DNA from: Patescibacteria group bacterium
Lineage (GTDB): Bacteria; Patescibacteriota; Minisyncoccia; Phycocordibacterales; Phycocordibacteraceae
NCBI GenBank assembly: GCA_019752595.1
Contig: JAIELV010000001.1
Coordinates: 726,240 to 790,239 of the forward strand
Direction: 5' to 3'
Length of the DNA stretch: 64,000 nt
This document shows positions 16,327 through 26,407 of this stretch, piece by piece. The translations under genes were made by a program, and so were the position numbers. Within the stretch, counting starts at the first letter, position 1. Every line of letters starts with the position of its first letter. The notes below the pieces were generated by a model, which was not told the origin of the DNA, searched no databases, and saw only the letters and a list, made by a program, of their open reading frames with translations.

Positions 16327-18186
16327 ATGATAGTTCCTATGCAGGATGATTCCGCATTGGAGCGACTTTCAAAGCGTCTTGATGCTGGCAAAAATGAGCA
16401 AGAGCAGACTCGTTCGGGTTTGTATACTTCATACACAGGGGCTCCACAATCATGGAAGCCTGATGTTGATCAATCACCTATGAGTAAGAAGCCAAAAATG
16501 AAACCGCTTGAAATTTTGTTCGCCTCTTCGGTTGTTTTTTTCGTGGTTGCTTCTGCTGTTGCGGCACTTCTGTTCTTGGGAGGGAATAATACTGTTTCTA
16601 CGAAAAACGTTAGCGTGCAGGTCAGCGGCCCTGCGCAAATCGGTGCAGGTTCCACACTTTCGCTTCAGGTTGTGGTCACAAATAAAAATGCAGTTCCGAT
16701 GGAACTCACGGATCTTATTGTTGAATTTCCCGAAGGCACACGCTCTGATTTTGATATTGGTGTTGAATTGCCTCGCATACGCGAATCATTGGGCACTATT
16801 CAGCCTGGCGAAAGCGTGAATCGCACTATACGCGCGGTTTTATTTGGTCTTCAGGGCACGAACGCAACTATAAAAGCATCTGCTGAGTACCGTGTGCCGT
16901 CTTCAAACGCGGTATTTGTCTCAGGTTCAACGTACAGCGTAAATCTAAATGAATCGCCCGCGGTTATTTCTGTCGAAACTTTGAAAGAGGCGAGTGCGGG
17001 GCAGGAAGTAACGTTCGGTGTGTCAATTCGTTCCAACGCACCCGATGTGCTTTCCGATATGTTGCTCTTAGCGTCATACCCACCAGGATTTTCTTTCCTC
17101 TCCGCGAATCCGAAGGCGAGTGCGGGTACTACTGCATGGGAGTTAGGGGATATTGAACCAGGCGGTTCGCGCACGGTTCTTGTGACGGGCACGTTTTCGG
17201 GTGAAGACGGTGAGAGTAAAGTGGTGAAGTTTTCTGCAGGTAACAAAAAGCAAGGAGAGGTAGATAAAATTGCTGCACCACTCGCAACCTCCGACGTGTC
17301 GCTGACGTTGCGAAAGCCGTTCATGTCTCTTGAAATTACTGTTGATGGTAAAAACGCTGAAACTCATTCGGTTTCGCGTGGGGGCACTGTGCGGGGCACG
17401 GTGCAGTGGATGAACAATCTTCCAAACCGCGTCCAGAATGTCGTTATTGTCCTTACCCTGAACGGAGTTGCCATTGACCCGACGTCGATTAGAAGTCAAA
17501 ACGGATTTTATAACTCAAACATCAACTCAATTACGTGGGACAAGACGTCTGCCGCAGAGTATTCAGACGTCGGACCAGGAGAGTTTGGCTCAGAACAATT
17601 TACGTTTCAGATTTTGCCCGCCAACCGAGGCCCCCTCAAAAATGCGGAGGTACTTCTGACAGCGAACGTGAAAGCCAACCGCCTGACCGAAACGAATGTG
17701 CCTGAAGCGATTGAATCTTCTGATTCAACAAAAGTACTCGTGCTGACCGACTTTATTTTGAATACGGTCGCGGTACCAACGGGTGGCGCTATTCCGCCAA
17801 AGGCAGGAGCTGAGACGCAGTATTTGGTGACGTGGAATGTATCTAACTCAGGCAACGCTATCGCAAACGGTGTGACGACGGGGGTTTTGCCCTCGTATGT
17901 TACGTATGTCGATGCTCGGGGGAGTGACAGTGTGACGTATAACGCAGGCTCGCGAACGGTATCGTGGGACATTGGGGATGTGGCCGTGGGTCAGTCAAAG
18001 ACTGCATCATTTATCGTAAGTCTCCTACCGTCAGTATCTCAGGTCGGCCAAGCCCCTGAGCTTGTTATTAATCAACGTGCCGTTGGTGTCGACCGATTTG
18101 TTCGACAGAATGTTGAATCATCTGCACCAAACCTACGCACGGCGCCCTCAGGGGGCTCTTCGTCTAGTGGCATTGTGGTACCTTAG
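16327..18186 (+). CDS. large membrane-anchored surface protein with repetitive beta-rich ectodomain
   Basis: N-terminal TM LEILFASSVVFFVVASAVAALLFLGG, Thr/Ser/Val/Gly-rich repeats. Confidence 0.5.
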   Translation: MIVPMQDDSALERLSKRLDAGKNEQEQTRSGLYTSYTGAPQSWKPDVDQSPMSKKPKMKPLEILFASSVVFFVVASAVAALLFLGGNNTVSTKNVSVQVSGPAQIGAGSTLSLQVVVTNKNAVPMELTDLIVEFPEGTRSDFDIGVELPRIRESLGTIQPGESVNRTIRAVLFGLQGTNATIKASAEYRVPSSNAVFVSGSTYSVNLNESPAVISVETLKEASAGQEVTFGVSIRSNAPDVLSDMLLLASYPPGFSFLSANPKASAGTTAWELGDIEPGGSRTVLVTGTFSGEDGESKVVKFSAGNKKQGEVDKIAAPLATSDVSLTLRKPFMSLEITVDGKNAETHSVSRGGTVRGTVQWMNNLPNRVQNVVIVLTLNGVAIDPTSIRSQNGFYNSNINSITWDKTSAAEYSDVGPGEFGSEQFTFQILPANRGPLKNAEVLLTANVKANRLTETNVPEAIESSDSTKVLVLTDFILNTVAVPTGGAIPPKAGAETQYLVTWNVSNSGNAIANGVTTGVLPSYVTYVDARGSDSVTYNAGSRTVSWDIGDVAVGQSKTASFIVSLLPSVSQVGQAPELVINQRAVGVDRFVRQNVESSAPNLRTAPSGGSSSSGIVVP

Positions 18187-18236
18187 TCAGCTTTTAAGGA
18201 ATAGCGTTTAGGGTTTAGGGAAGATACAATCACAAA

Positions 18237-19634
18237 ATGCAAAAGTCGGACGGAGTGATGGAAAAAATAGTCTCTCTCGCGAAGCGCCGAGGCTTTGTGT
18301 ATCAGGGGTCTGAAATATACGGCGGTATGGCTGGCATGTATGACTTCGGTCCGTACGGTGTTGAACTCTTAAATAATCTGAAAGCTGCGTGGTGGAAGGA
18401 ACACGTACAAATTCGCGATGATTTTTTTGGGCTTGATTCAGCGATGTTTAAAGATCCACGTGTGTGGGAAGCATCTGGGCATACTTCAGGCTTTTCAGAC
18501 CCTTTGGCAGAATGCAAAAAGTGCAATACGCGTATTCGTGTCGACAAGGAACTGGAGAAAGTGGGAGTCAAAGCCGATGAGAAAATGTCAGAGGCTGAGT
18601 TGTCTAAGTTATTTGAGGAACATAAAAAAAACATCCCGTGTCCTAAGTGTGGGTCGCACGACTACACGCCCGTACGAGCATTCAATCTTTTGGTTAAAAC
18701 AAATATGGGTGATTTCACGGGTGTTAATGCCGAGCCCGTGTATCTTCCAGGGGAAGCCTGTCAGGGTATTTATTTGAATTTTAAAAACGTCGTAGACACG
18801 ACACGTGCCAAAGTCCCGTTTGGTATTGCGCAAATCGGCAAAGCATTTAGAAATGAAATTTCGCCGAGAAACTTTTTGTTCCGTACGCGCGAGATGGAGC
18901 AGGCGGATACCCAGTACTTTGTGAAACCGAACGAGAATAAAGACGCGTATGAGCGAATTAAGAAGGATCGTTTTGATTGGTATGTGCGCCTCGGTATTAA
19001 GCCAGAGAATTTGAGATGGAAACAACACGACAATTTGGTCTTTTACGCGAAGGACGCATGGGATATTGAATACAACTTCCCGACGGGCTTTGATGAATTG
19101 GAGGGAGTGCACGACCGCACTGACTATGACTTAACGCAACACATGAAGCATTCAGGTACCGACCTTACCTACACTGATCCGTATACTGCGGAAAAATATA
19201 TTCCCTGGATACTTGAAACATCAGTAGGCATGGGCCGTATGTTTCTCGCATTTTTTGCTGATGCGTACACCGAAGATGAGCTTGGCGGGGAAGTGCGCAC
19301 CGTATTAAAACTCTCACCGAAGCTCGCTCCGATTAAAGCAGCGGTATTTCCACTTCTCAAAAATAAACCTGAGTTAGTGGAAAAGGCGCGCGAAGTATAT
19401 GAACTTTTCAAAAAGGAAGTGCGTACCGAATGGGACGATAACGGCAACATAGGGAAGCGCTACAGGAGGCAAGATGAAATCGGCACCCCGTTTTGCATTA
19501 CGGTCGACTTCGATACTTTAGGTGAGACGCCTGAGCATAAAGATACCGTTACTGTGCGCAACCGCGATACAGGAGAGCAGGAAAGGCTTTCGATAGCGGA
19601 TGCTATCTGGAAGGTAAGACAGGCTGTTTCGTAG
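18237..19634 (+). CDS. glyQS: glycine--tRNA ligase (alpha2 type)
   Basis: MEKIVSLAKRRGFVYQGSEIYGG...GPYGVELLNNLK, class II motifs. Confidence 0.9.
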   Translation: MQKSDGVMEKIVSLAKRRGFVYQGSEIYGGMAGMYDFGPYGVELLNNLKAAWWKEHVQIRDDFFGLDSAMFKDPRVWEASGHTSGFSDPLAECKKCNTRIRVDKELEKVGVKADEKMSEAELSKLFEEHKKNIPCPKCGSHDYTPVRAFNLLVKTNMGDFTGVNAEPVYLPGEACQGIYLNFKNVVDTTRAKVPFGIAQIGKAFRNEISPRNFLFRTREMEQADTQYFVKPNENKDAYERIKKDRFDWYVRLGIKPENLRWKQHDNLVFYAKDAWDIEYNFPTGFDELEGVHDRTDYDLTQHMKHSGTDLTYTDPYTAEKYIPWILETSVGMGRMFLAFFADAYTEDELGGEVRTVLKLSPKLAPIKAAVFPLLKNKPELVEKAREVYELFKKEVRTEWDDNGNIGKRYRRQDEIGTPFCITVDFDTLGETPEHKDTVTVRNRDTGEQERLSIADAIWKVRQAVS

Positions 19635-19698
19635 AAGGCGCTCTCTTTGTCGTTTACGCTCGCTCGCTAAACAGTGAAAAAAGCGTTATCCTAAGCCA

Positions 19699-20757
19699 AT
19701 GGATAAGGGGCTCTTCTCGATAACTATCTCCCCGAATACGTTTGTGACCGCGATCGCAGTTGGCCTTTTGGCATGGCTTGTTTTTTATCTTCGAGATTTA
19801 GTTCTTATTGTTCTTGCTGCGGTTGTGCTTGCGTCCGCAGTGGAGCCCGCGGTGCAGTGGTTTATGGAAAAAAAGTTCGGTCGCGGATGGGCAGTTGGTG
19901 CTGTGTATGCGGGCATTTTTACCGCCTTCTTTGTTGTCACGTATCTTCTTGCCCCGCCGTTTATGCAGGAAGCAAAAGGTTTTATCGTCAACCTCCCGCA
20001 GTTTGCCAATTCATTTGATGTCGGGAATTACATACCAGACACAGGCACTGCAGCAGACGCTCTTGTTTCGCCATCAGCAGTGGCTGCATTGTTGATTCAA
20101 CTCCAAAATCTTATTATCCCAACAGGTGAAGGCGCGTTCTCTGCACTCGCTGGAGTTTTAGGTGGTGCTTTTGCGTTTCTTCTCATCATTATTCTTTCGA
20201 TTTATTTTGCCGCTCAAGAAACAGGCGTTGACGATTTCATTCGTCTTGTAGTTCCTGTAAAGCATCAGGAGTACGCAGTTAATTTGTGGAAACGCTCGCA
20301 CCATAAAATTGGTTTGTGGATGCAGGGGCAATTGATACTCTCTTTGATTATCGGCGTGTTGGGGTATTTGTGGCTCTCTATATTTCAAGTTCCGTACGCA
20401 TTCTTGCTCGCCATATTTGCAGCAATCATTGAAATCGTTCCTGTGTTCGGCTCTGTTATTTCGGGAATTGTGGCGGTGGTGATTGCCGCTTCCCATGGAG
20501 GCATGGAGCTCGCGCTTATTATCGGGGTCGGATTTTTGGTAATTAACCTTTTACAGTCAAACCTCATCTATCCATTGGTGGTGAAGCGCGTTGTTGGCGT
20601 TCCGCCAATCATGGTTATTCTCGCGATGATTGCAGGAGGGCAGATCGCAGGCTTTTTGGGAGTTCTTCTGTCGGTGCCGATTGCCGCTGCGATACAGGAG
20701 TTCGTGTCTGACATTGAGAAGGCGAAAGCGAAAGAACTGAAGGCACTGCAAAAATAG
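19699..20757 (+). CDS. AI-2E family transporter (UPF0118/PerM-like permease)
   Basis: multi-TM protein with conserved AIIEIVPVFGSVISGIVAVVIA segment. Confidence 0.65.
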   Translation: MDKGLFSITISPNTFVTAIAVGLLAWLVFYLRDLVLIVLAAVVLASAVEPAVQWFMEKKFGRGWAVGAVYAGIFTAFFVVTYLLAPPFMQEAKGFIVNLPQFANSFDVGNYIPDTGTAADALVSPSAVAALLIQLQNLIIPTGEGAFSALAGVLGGAFAFLLIIILSIYFAAQETGVDDFIRLVVPVKHQEYAVNLWKRSHHKIGLWMQGQLILSLIIGVLGYLWLSIFQVPYAFLLAIFAAIIEIVPVFGSVISGIVAVVIAASHGGMELALIIGVGFLVINLLQSNLIYPLVVKRVVGVPPIMVILAMIAGGQIAGFLGVLLSVPIAAAIQEFVSDIEKAKAKELKALQK

Positions 20758-20767
20758 TTGAAAAGTA

Positions 20768-22231
20768 ATGGGAAAACCGTTTTACCTCACCACGACGCTT
20801 CCGTATGTAAATTCAGACCCGCATATCGGGCACGCACTTGAATTGGTGCAAGCTGATGCACTGGTACGTTTTAGAAAGTCGCAAGGTGACGACGTATTTT
20901 TTAATACAGGCACTGATGAGCATGGCCAGAAAATATTTGAAGCTGCAGAAAAAGCAGGGAAGCCGATTCAAGAATACGTTGACCACTACGCAAACGAGTT
21001 TAAAAAACTAAACGGCGCGCTTGGGTTGTCCGAGGATCTGGTGTTTATCCGCACAACTGACGAGCACCACGTACAAGCGGCACAAGAAATGTGGAGGCGG
21101 TGTTCGGCAAAAGGCGATATTTACAAAAAAGAATTTGAAGGTTTGTATTGTGTAGGGTGCGAAAAATACTTAACGCAAAAAGAAATCGTTGACGGCAAGT
21201 GCGCAATTCATGGAACAGAACCAAAACTTTTAAAGGAGGAGAACTATTTCTTCAAGCTTTCAAACTACCAGAAACCCCTTGAAGAATATTTGAGCAAAGA
21301 AGGGGTCGTCATTCCTGAATGGAGGCGTCAGGAAGCCCTGAATTTCGTTCGCGAAGGGCTAGAGGATTTCAGCATTTCACGAGATAAAAGCAGGCTTTCG
21401 TGGGGTGTGCCAGTACCAGGGGATGAGAATCAGGTGATGTATGTGTGGTTTGACGCTTTGACCAATTACATTTCAACGTTGGGTTGGCCAAACGAAGGAG
21501 GGGATTTTAAAAAATTCTGGACGGATGGGGAAGTGCTGCAGGTTGCAGGCAAAGACCAAGTGCGCTTCCAATCAATCATGTGGCAGGCAATGCTCATGTC
21601 TGCTGAAATAAAAAATACCGACCAAGTGTTTTATCATGGCTTCATAAATTCCGACGGGCAGAAGATGAGTAAGTCGTTAGGAAATGTCATTAGTCCGTAC
21701 GACTTGGTAAAAAAATACGGCACGGACGCCACTCGATACCTCTTATTGCGTCACGTGCACCCGACAGAAGATTCTGACGTTACGTGGGCACGCCTTGATG
21801 AATGGTACACGGCGAACCTTGTAAACGGACTTGGTAATTTGGTTGCGCGCGTAATGAAGCTTGCAGAAGATAATATAGATGAACCTGTCGTCTTCAAAAC
21901 ATTCTCTTATTCTCAAGAATATGAGAATGTTTTGAAAGGCTTTCAATTTAATTACGCCATCGATGCTGTTTGGCAAAAGATCCAAGAAACCGACGAGCGC
22001 ATTACTCGCGATGAACCGTTTAAGGTCGTGAAGTCAGACCCAGTACGTGGCAAAGCAATGCTCGCTGCTCTTGCTGTCGAGATTTGGAATATTGGGTATT
22101 TGCTCGGTCCGTTCATGCCTGAAACAAGCAAAATAATTCTTAATGCAGTAAAGCAAAACAAAAAACCTGAAAATCTTTTTCCTCGACTTGCTGAAGCGCC
22201 ACGCGAAGGCAGTCCTCGCCTACCCGTATAG
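20768..22231 (+). CDS. metG: methionine--tRNA ligase
   Basis: YLTTTLPYVNSDPHIGHA (HIGH), CxxC knuckle, KMSKSLGNVI. Confidence 0.92.
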   Translation: MGKPFYLTTTLPYVNSDPHIGHALELVQADALVRFRKSQGDDVFFNTGTDEHGQKIFEAAEKAGKPIQEYVDHYANEFKKLNGALGLSEDLVFIRTTDEHHVQAAQEMWRRCSAKGDIYKKEFEGLYCVGCEKYLTQKEIVDGKCAIHGTEPKLLKEENYFFKLSNYQKPLEEYLSKEGVVIPEWRRQEALNFVREGLEDFSISRDKSRLSWGVPVPGDENQVMYVWFDALTNYISTLGWPNEGGDFKKFWTDGEVLQVAGKDQVRFQSIMWQAMLMSAEIKNTDQVFYHGFINSDGQKMSKSLGNVISPYDLVKKYGTDATRYLLLRHVHPTEDSDVTWARLDEWYTANLVNGLGNLVARVMKLAEDNIDEPVVFKTFSYSQEYENVLKGFQFNYAIDAVWQKIQETDERITRDEPFKVVKSDPVRGKAMLAALAVEIWNIGYLLGPFMPETSKIILNAVKQNKKPENLFPRLAEAPREGSPRLPV

Positions 22232-22234
22232 ATA

Positions 22235-22258
22235 ACTGATATGATATATCATATCAGT
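22235..22258. repeat. 24-bp perfect palindrome ACTGATATGATATATCATATCAGT, copy 2 (intergenic, metG-tatD)
   Basis: exact match to copy 1. Confidence 0.85.
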
Positions 22259-22296
22259 GAGTCGTCGTAAGTAATGTAATACGTTTTGACTTTAAA

Positions 22297-23106
22297 ATGA
22301 CACCACAGTATTTCGACATTCACTCACACGTAACCTTTAAGGAATACGACCAAGACCTTGAAGAGGTATTGGTGCGCATGCAGGAGGAGCGCGTGCACAC
22401 CATTACGGTCGGGGTTGATTATGCGACCTCGAAGGAAGCGGTGGAATTTGCAGAAACGCACGAAGGTTTCTACGCAACGATTGGTCTGCACCCGACAGAT
22501 ACCGTTACTGAAACATTCTCAGTTTCCGAATACGCAAAGTTCGCGAAACATCCGAAGGTCGTTGGCGTAGGGGAGTGCGGGGTAGATTATTTTAGGCTTG
22601 AGGGAGATGCAGTAGAAGAGAAGAAGCGTCAGTGGAATGAGTTTGAAAAACAAATGTACTTTGCAATTGAGCATGATCTACCACTCATGATTCATTGTCG
22701 ACCGAAAAAAGGAACAGTGGATGCGTATGAAGAAATGGCTACGCGCCTGGAGAGTGAGTTTAAACAAGTGGGGGAGAAGCTTCGCGGGAATATGCATTTC
22801 TTTGTCGGGAATGTGGACGTTGCGCGCAGGTTTTACGATATCGGTTTTACGACGTCATTTACAGGGGTGGTGACGTTTGCAAGAGAATATGACGAAGTCA
22901 TACAGTTCGCCCCCATAAACATGCTCATGACCGAAACAGACGCCCCGTATGCTTCCCCAGTGCCGTTTCGCGGTAAGCGCAATCAGCCTCCGTATATCAA
23001 ATACGTTGTCGATGCTTTGGCACGAATTAAGGGGTCTGATGTAGGCATTATGGAAAAGGCGCTTGTGGCTAATGCCGAGAGGGTCTTTTTAAGCCGTTTT
23101 TCCTAA
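22297..23106 (+). CDS. tatD: TatD family hydrolase
   Basis: MTPQYFDIHSHV..., metal-binding His/Glu pattern of TatD. Confidence 0.85.
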   Translation: MTPQYFDIHSHVTFKEYDQDLEEVLVRMQEERVHTITVGVDYATSKEAVEFAETHEGFYATIGLHPTDTVTETFSVSEYAKFAKHPKVVGVGECGVDYFRLEGDAVEEKKRQWNEFEKQMYFAIEHDLPLMIHCRPKKGTVDAYEEMATRLESEFKQVGEKLRGNMHFFVGNVDVARRFYDIGFTTSFTGVVTFAREYDEVIQFAPINMLMTETDAPYASPVPFRGKRNQPPYIKYVVDALARIKGSDVGIMEKALVANAERVFLSRFS

Positions 23107-23153
23107 GGCGCCCCTAAAACCTGCAACCTAAAACCTAACCCCTGCGCCGTTGC

Positions 23154-23729
23154 GTGGCAACGGAGCTCATGGTACGCTCTTCCGACATGGATACAAAAGC
23201 TGTTGATACTGAACTCGAAGAAGTCGGCACCATCGATACTGACGGTGACGAAGAGGCTGTACTTTCGGTCTACGAAATCGGCTACCACCTTTTACCCACG
23301 CTTTCTGAAGAGGAAGTCCCACAGGTAGTGACCAAATTTATGGACGCCCTCAAAGCAGAAGGGGCCGTCTTTGTCGGAGAGCGTTTTCCCTCTCTGATTG
23401 AACTTGCGTACCCAATTGCAAAAAGAACGAACTCGAAAAAAACGAATTATGAAAGCGCGTATTTCGGCTGGGTAGCATTTGAAGTTTCTCGCGATGCAAT
23501 TCTCCGCATCAAAACTCTTCTTGATGGGCATGCGAGCGTCCTTCGATACTTGATTGTTACTACAGAAAAAGAAGCAGTCCTTGCGGCAATGAGTGGGGCA
23601 GCGTCAGCACCGACAGGTTCTATCGAAAAGCCAAAACGTGCAGCTGAGGAAGGTGGTGAAGTTTCTGAGGCAGCACTTGATCAGGCCATCGAAACGATGG
23701 TCACCGAAGACGCGAAAGCAGCTGACTAA
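23154..23729 (+). CDS. rpsF: 30S ribosomal protein S6 with N- and C-terminal extensions (true start uncertain)
   Basis: VYEIGYHLLPTLSEEEVPQV...LAYPIAK... matches the S6 core; followed by ssb and rpsR (conserved operon). Confidence 0.65.
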   Translation: MATELMVRSSDMDTKAVDTELEEVGTIDTDGDEEAVLSVYEIGYHLLPTLSEEEVPQVVTKFMDALKAEGAVFVGERFPSLIELAYPIAKRTNSKKTNYESAYFGWVAFEVSRDAILRIKTLLDGHASVLRYLIVTTEKEAVLAAMSGAASAPTGSIEKPKRAAEEGGEVSEAALDQAIETMVTEDAKAAD

Positions 23730-23734
23730 CCACG

Positions 23735-24193
23735 ATGTACCTCAACAAAGTACTCCTCTACGGCAACCTGACTCGCGACCCAGAACTTCGCGCTCTTCCA
23801 TCAGGTCAGCAGGTGGCTTCTTTTGCGCTTGCTACAAATCGTAGCTACAAAAATAAAGAAGGTGAGAAGCAAGATGCGGTTGAGTACCACAACATCGTTG
23901 CCTTCGGCCGACAGGCCGAAGTCATCGGGCAGTATTTGAAGAAAGGCCGCCCCGTGTACATTGAAGGTAGAATTCAAACTCGCTCATGGGACGACAAGAC
24001 GAGTGGCGAGAAAAAATATAGAACCGAAATCGTTGTTGAAAGCTTCCAGTTCGGCCCTGGTGGTTCTGGCATGGGGGGTGGTGCACGCGATGACGGGGCA
24101 GCGCCTGCACCAAAAGCAAAAGCAGGAGGTGACAAATCAGGTGATATAGAGTATCCTGCCGAAGAAATAAGCCCAGACGATATTCCTTTTTAG
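23735..24193 (+). CDS. ssb: single-stranded DNA-binding protein
   Basis: OB fold MYLNKVLLYGNLTRDPELR...; C-terminal acidic tail ending DIPF. Confidence 0.85.
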   Translation: MYLNKVLLYGNLTRDPELRALPSGQQVASFALATNRSYKNKEGEKQDAVEYHNIVAFGRQAEVIGQYLKKGRPVYIEGRIQTRSWDDKTSGEKKYRTEIVVESFQFGPGGSGMGGGARDDGAAPAPKAKAGGDKSGDIEYPAEEISPDDIPF

Positions 24194-24264
24194 AAAATCT
24201 TATAAACGAAGTGCATTAGATTTTTTTATGTCGACCCGAAGGGGCGACGAAAATTAAAAAAAGT

Positions 24265-24465
24265 ATGGCTGACAATTCATCATCACCGACATTGCCCGTA
24301 TTCGTAGACTACAAAAATGTGGCCTATTTGAAAGGTTTTTTGAACGCTCACGCTCGTATGGTCAAGGGCCGAACATCAGATGTTCCCGCAAGCCACCAGA
24401 GAAAAATTGAGAAAGCAGTGAAGCGCGCACGCTTCATGGGTCTGCTTCCGTACATCGCTCGATAA
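24265..24465 (+). CDS. rpsR: 30S ribosomal protein S18
   Basis: VDYKNVAYLKGFLNAHARMVKGRTSDVPASHQRKIEKAVKRARFMGLLPY. Confidence 0.85.
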   Translation: MADNSSSPTLPVFVDYKNVAYLKGFLNAHARMVKGRTSDVPASHQRKIEKAVKRARFMGLLPYIAR

Positions 24466-24473
24466 ATTTCTCC

Positions 24474-24767
24474 ATGCCATCAGAGGAAGCGCCTGCACAG
24501 ACTGAGACGGCGGTATTTGAGGTGGCGTTAAACCAAGAGATAGACAAGTTTTTTGAATCTCAGAAATCAGGGTTAAAGCCAGGGCATTACGAAATTCGTG
24601 TACCGAATCGACCCGTTAACTATAGGAACGCGACGGAGAGTAAGACGAGCCCCGTTGCTCGGCTGAATGTATTGCGCCCTAGGGGAAAGAGGGAAGGAGT
24701 CACTGTAAAAATAGAGACGGACTATCGGAGAGACCTCACGATACATATCAATATTTTAAGAAAATAA
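24474..24767 (+). CDS. hypothetical protein (97 aa) at the position where rplI often lies; not L9-like
   Basis: ORF track only. Confidence 0.3.
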   Translation: MPSEEAPAQTETAVFEVALNQEIDKFFESQKSGLKPGHYEIRVPNRPVNYRNATESKTSPVARLNVLRPRGKREGVTVKIETDYRRDLTIHINILRK

Positions 24768-24792
24768 AAAACGCCCCAATGGGGCGTTTTTG
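24765..24792. terminator. bidirectional rho-independent terminator (ACGCCCC-aat-GGGGCGT flanked by A/T runs)
   Basis: read directly; sits between convergent hyp ORF and efp. Confidence 0.65.
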
Positions 24793-24798
24793 TCGGCA

Positions 24799-25374
24799 TT
24801 ACGATTTGGTGACTCTTTCAACGTATTCGCCAGTCTCTGTATTTATGCGCAGAATGTCGCCTTCGTTAATGAACATCGGCACGTTCAATGTTGCACCTGT
24901 CTCAAGGGTAATAATTTTTGTTCCGCCCTGCGCGGTGTTTCCTTTGACAGCTGGAGGAGCGTCAGTGACTTTAAAATCCATCTTTATCGGAAGTTTTACA
25001 GAAATCACCTCGCCTTCGTAACGCATAGCCTCGACGTCAGAGTTTTCTTTGAGGAACTTTGAGGCCTCACCAAGAACTGCTTCTTCAAGCTTAAAACGGT
25101 TTCTTGGATTTCCTTTTTCGCAGAACCAATATTCGCCGCGGTTGTGGTAGAGGTAGGTAATATCTTCAAACTCCAAGTCAGCTTCTTTTACGGTTTCATT
25201 CTGATGGAATGAATATTCCGTTACCTTACCTGATCTCAAATTACGCAATTTTGTCTGGTTCACAGGCTTTCTCTGCTGCATACGGAACACGTGAGAGGAG
25301 AGAACCTCAAACGGCTGGCCGTCCATCGTGATGACTTTTTTCGGGACTACTTCGTTGTAAGAAAGGACTGACAT
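24799..25374 (-). CDS. efp: elongation factor P
   Basis: full-length match to EF-P domain pattern. Confidence 0.9.
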   Translation of the reverse strand: MSVLSYNEVVPKKVITMDGQPFEVLSSHVFRMQQRKPVNQTKLRNLRSGKVTEYSFHQNETVKEADLEFEDITYLYHNRGEYWFCEKGNPRNRFKLEEAVLGEASKFLKENSDVEAMRYEGEVISVKLPIKMDFKVTDAPPAVKGNTAQGGTKIITLETGATLNVPMFINEGDILRINTETGEYVERVTKS

Positions 25375-25438
25375 AGGTGAAACCTGATTCGGTGTTTATG
25401 GGTAGTATAAATAGCGCTTTCGCGCCGAAGACAAGTAT

Positions 25439-26062
25439 ATGCCATCTCCAGCCATTGCTCAAACCGTTCTCCCGCGCTTTAGTATAGGAGTGCTTGAAGA
25501 TACTCAGACTCTTTCCGACGAGGTCCTCTTAGAAATGTCTCTTTCAAAGCCGAGTGCTTTTGAGGCATTGGTGGTGCGTTACCAGTCGCAATTCCTTTCA
25601 CGCGCTCAGGCTGTTCTCAAGGATCGGGACCGCGCGGAAGACGTAGTACAGGAAACGTTTGTGCGCATATATCGTTTCGCTCCACGTTTCAGTGCGGCAC
25701 AAGGTAATTTTCGTTCATGGTCGCTCACAATCCTTATGAATGTTGCGCGCACGCATTATCAAAAAACCGCCCGCGATCGTGGGCATACCGCCCCACTTGA
25801 GCCTGAGCACTATGAGTCGCTCGCCGACAATTCAATACATGCAAAAGAGGGGAATGAGGCATACGCAAAAGAGGTGGTAACAAAAGCGCTTGCGCACGCA
25901 CCAAAAGACGTAGCAGAAATTTTATCCTTAGCGTTCATTGATGGGCTACCGCATGCGGAGATAGCCGAGAAATTAGGCATATCGACCCCCGCAGTGAAGA
26001 CAAGGGTACACAGGGCAAAGGCAGACTTGAGAACTATTATTAAAGAGCACAATATTTTATGA
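25439..26062 (+). CDS. ECF-type RNA polymerase sigma factor
   Basis: region 2 (AEDVVQETFVRIYR) and region 4 HTH (LAFIDGLPHAEIAEKLGISTPAVKTRVHRAK). Confidence 0.75.
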   Translation: MPSPAIAQTVLPRFSIGVLEDTQTLSDEVLLEMSLSKPSAFEALVVRYQSQFLSRAQAVLKDRDRAEDVVQETFVRIYRFAPRFSAAQGNFRSWSLTILMNVARTHYQKTARDRGHTAPLEPEHYESLADNSIHAKEGNEAYAKEVVTKALAHAPKDVAEILSLAFIDGLPHAEIAEKLGISTPAVKTRVHRAKADLRTIIKEHNIL

Positions 26063-26376
26063 AGACCGATTCGCAACTAATAAAGAGCATTATGAGACGC
26101 GTCTATGGCGTCTATGTGGTTCGCCAATTGTCGCGCCCCGCAGTTCGTTTCGGCGCACTTCTTGCCCTCGCACTTGCTTTGAGGGAACTGACATGGGTTT
26201 CAAGCGTGCTTGAAAATATTTCAAAAAAGACCGATGTCGTAGAGTTTGTCAGTTACGGCTTCTCGGCGTTTATAGGCACAGAATTTATCGTTCAGCTTGT
26301 GGTTGTAGCGGGGGCATTCATTTTCGCCTACAGCATAAAAGATCTCTTCGGGTTCAGACAGCCACAGCTCGCATAA
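26059..26376 (+). CDS. membrane protein overlapping the sigma factor stop (ATGA); candidate anti-sigma factor
   Basis: translational coupling to the ECF sigma gene; two predicted TM segments. Confidence 0.4.
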   Translation: MKTDSQLIKSIMRRVYGVYVVRQLSRPAVRFGALLALALALRELTWVSSVLENISKKTDVVEFVSYGFSAFIGTEFIVQLVVVAGAFIFAYSIKDLFGFRQPQLA

Positions 26377-26377
26377 G

Positions 26378-26407
26378 AAAAAAGCCCCGAAGTGCGGGGC
26401 TTTTTTC
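26378..26407. terminator. bidirectional rho-independent terminator (GCCCCG-aagtg-CGGGGC flanked by A-run/T-run)
   Basis: read directly; between anti-sigma candidate and recA. Confidence 0.7.
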
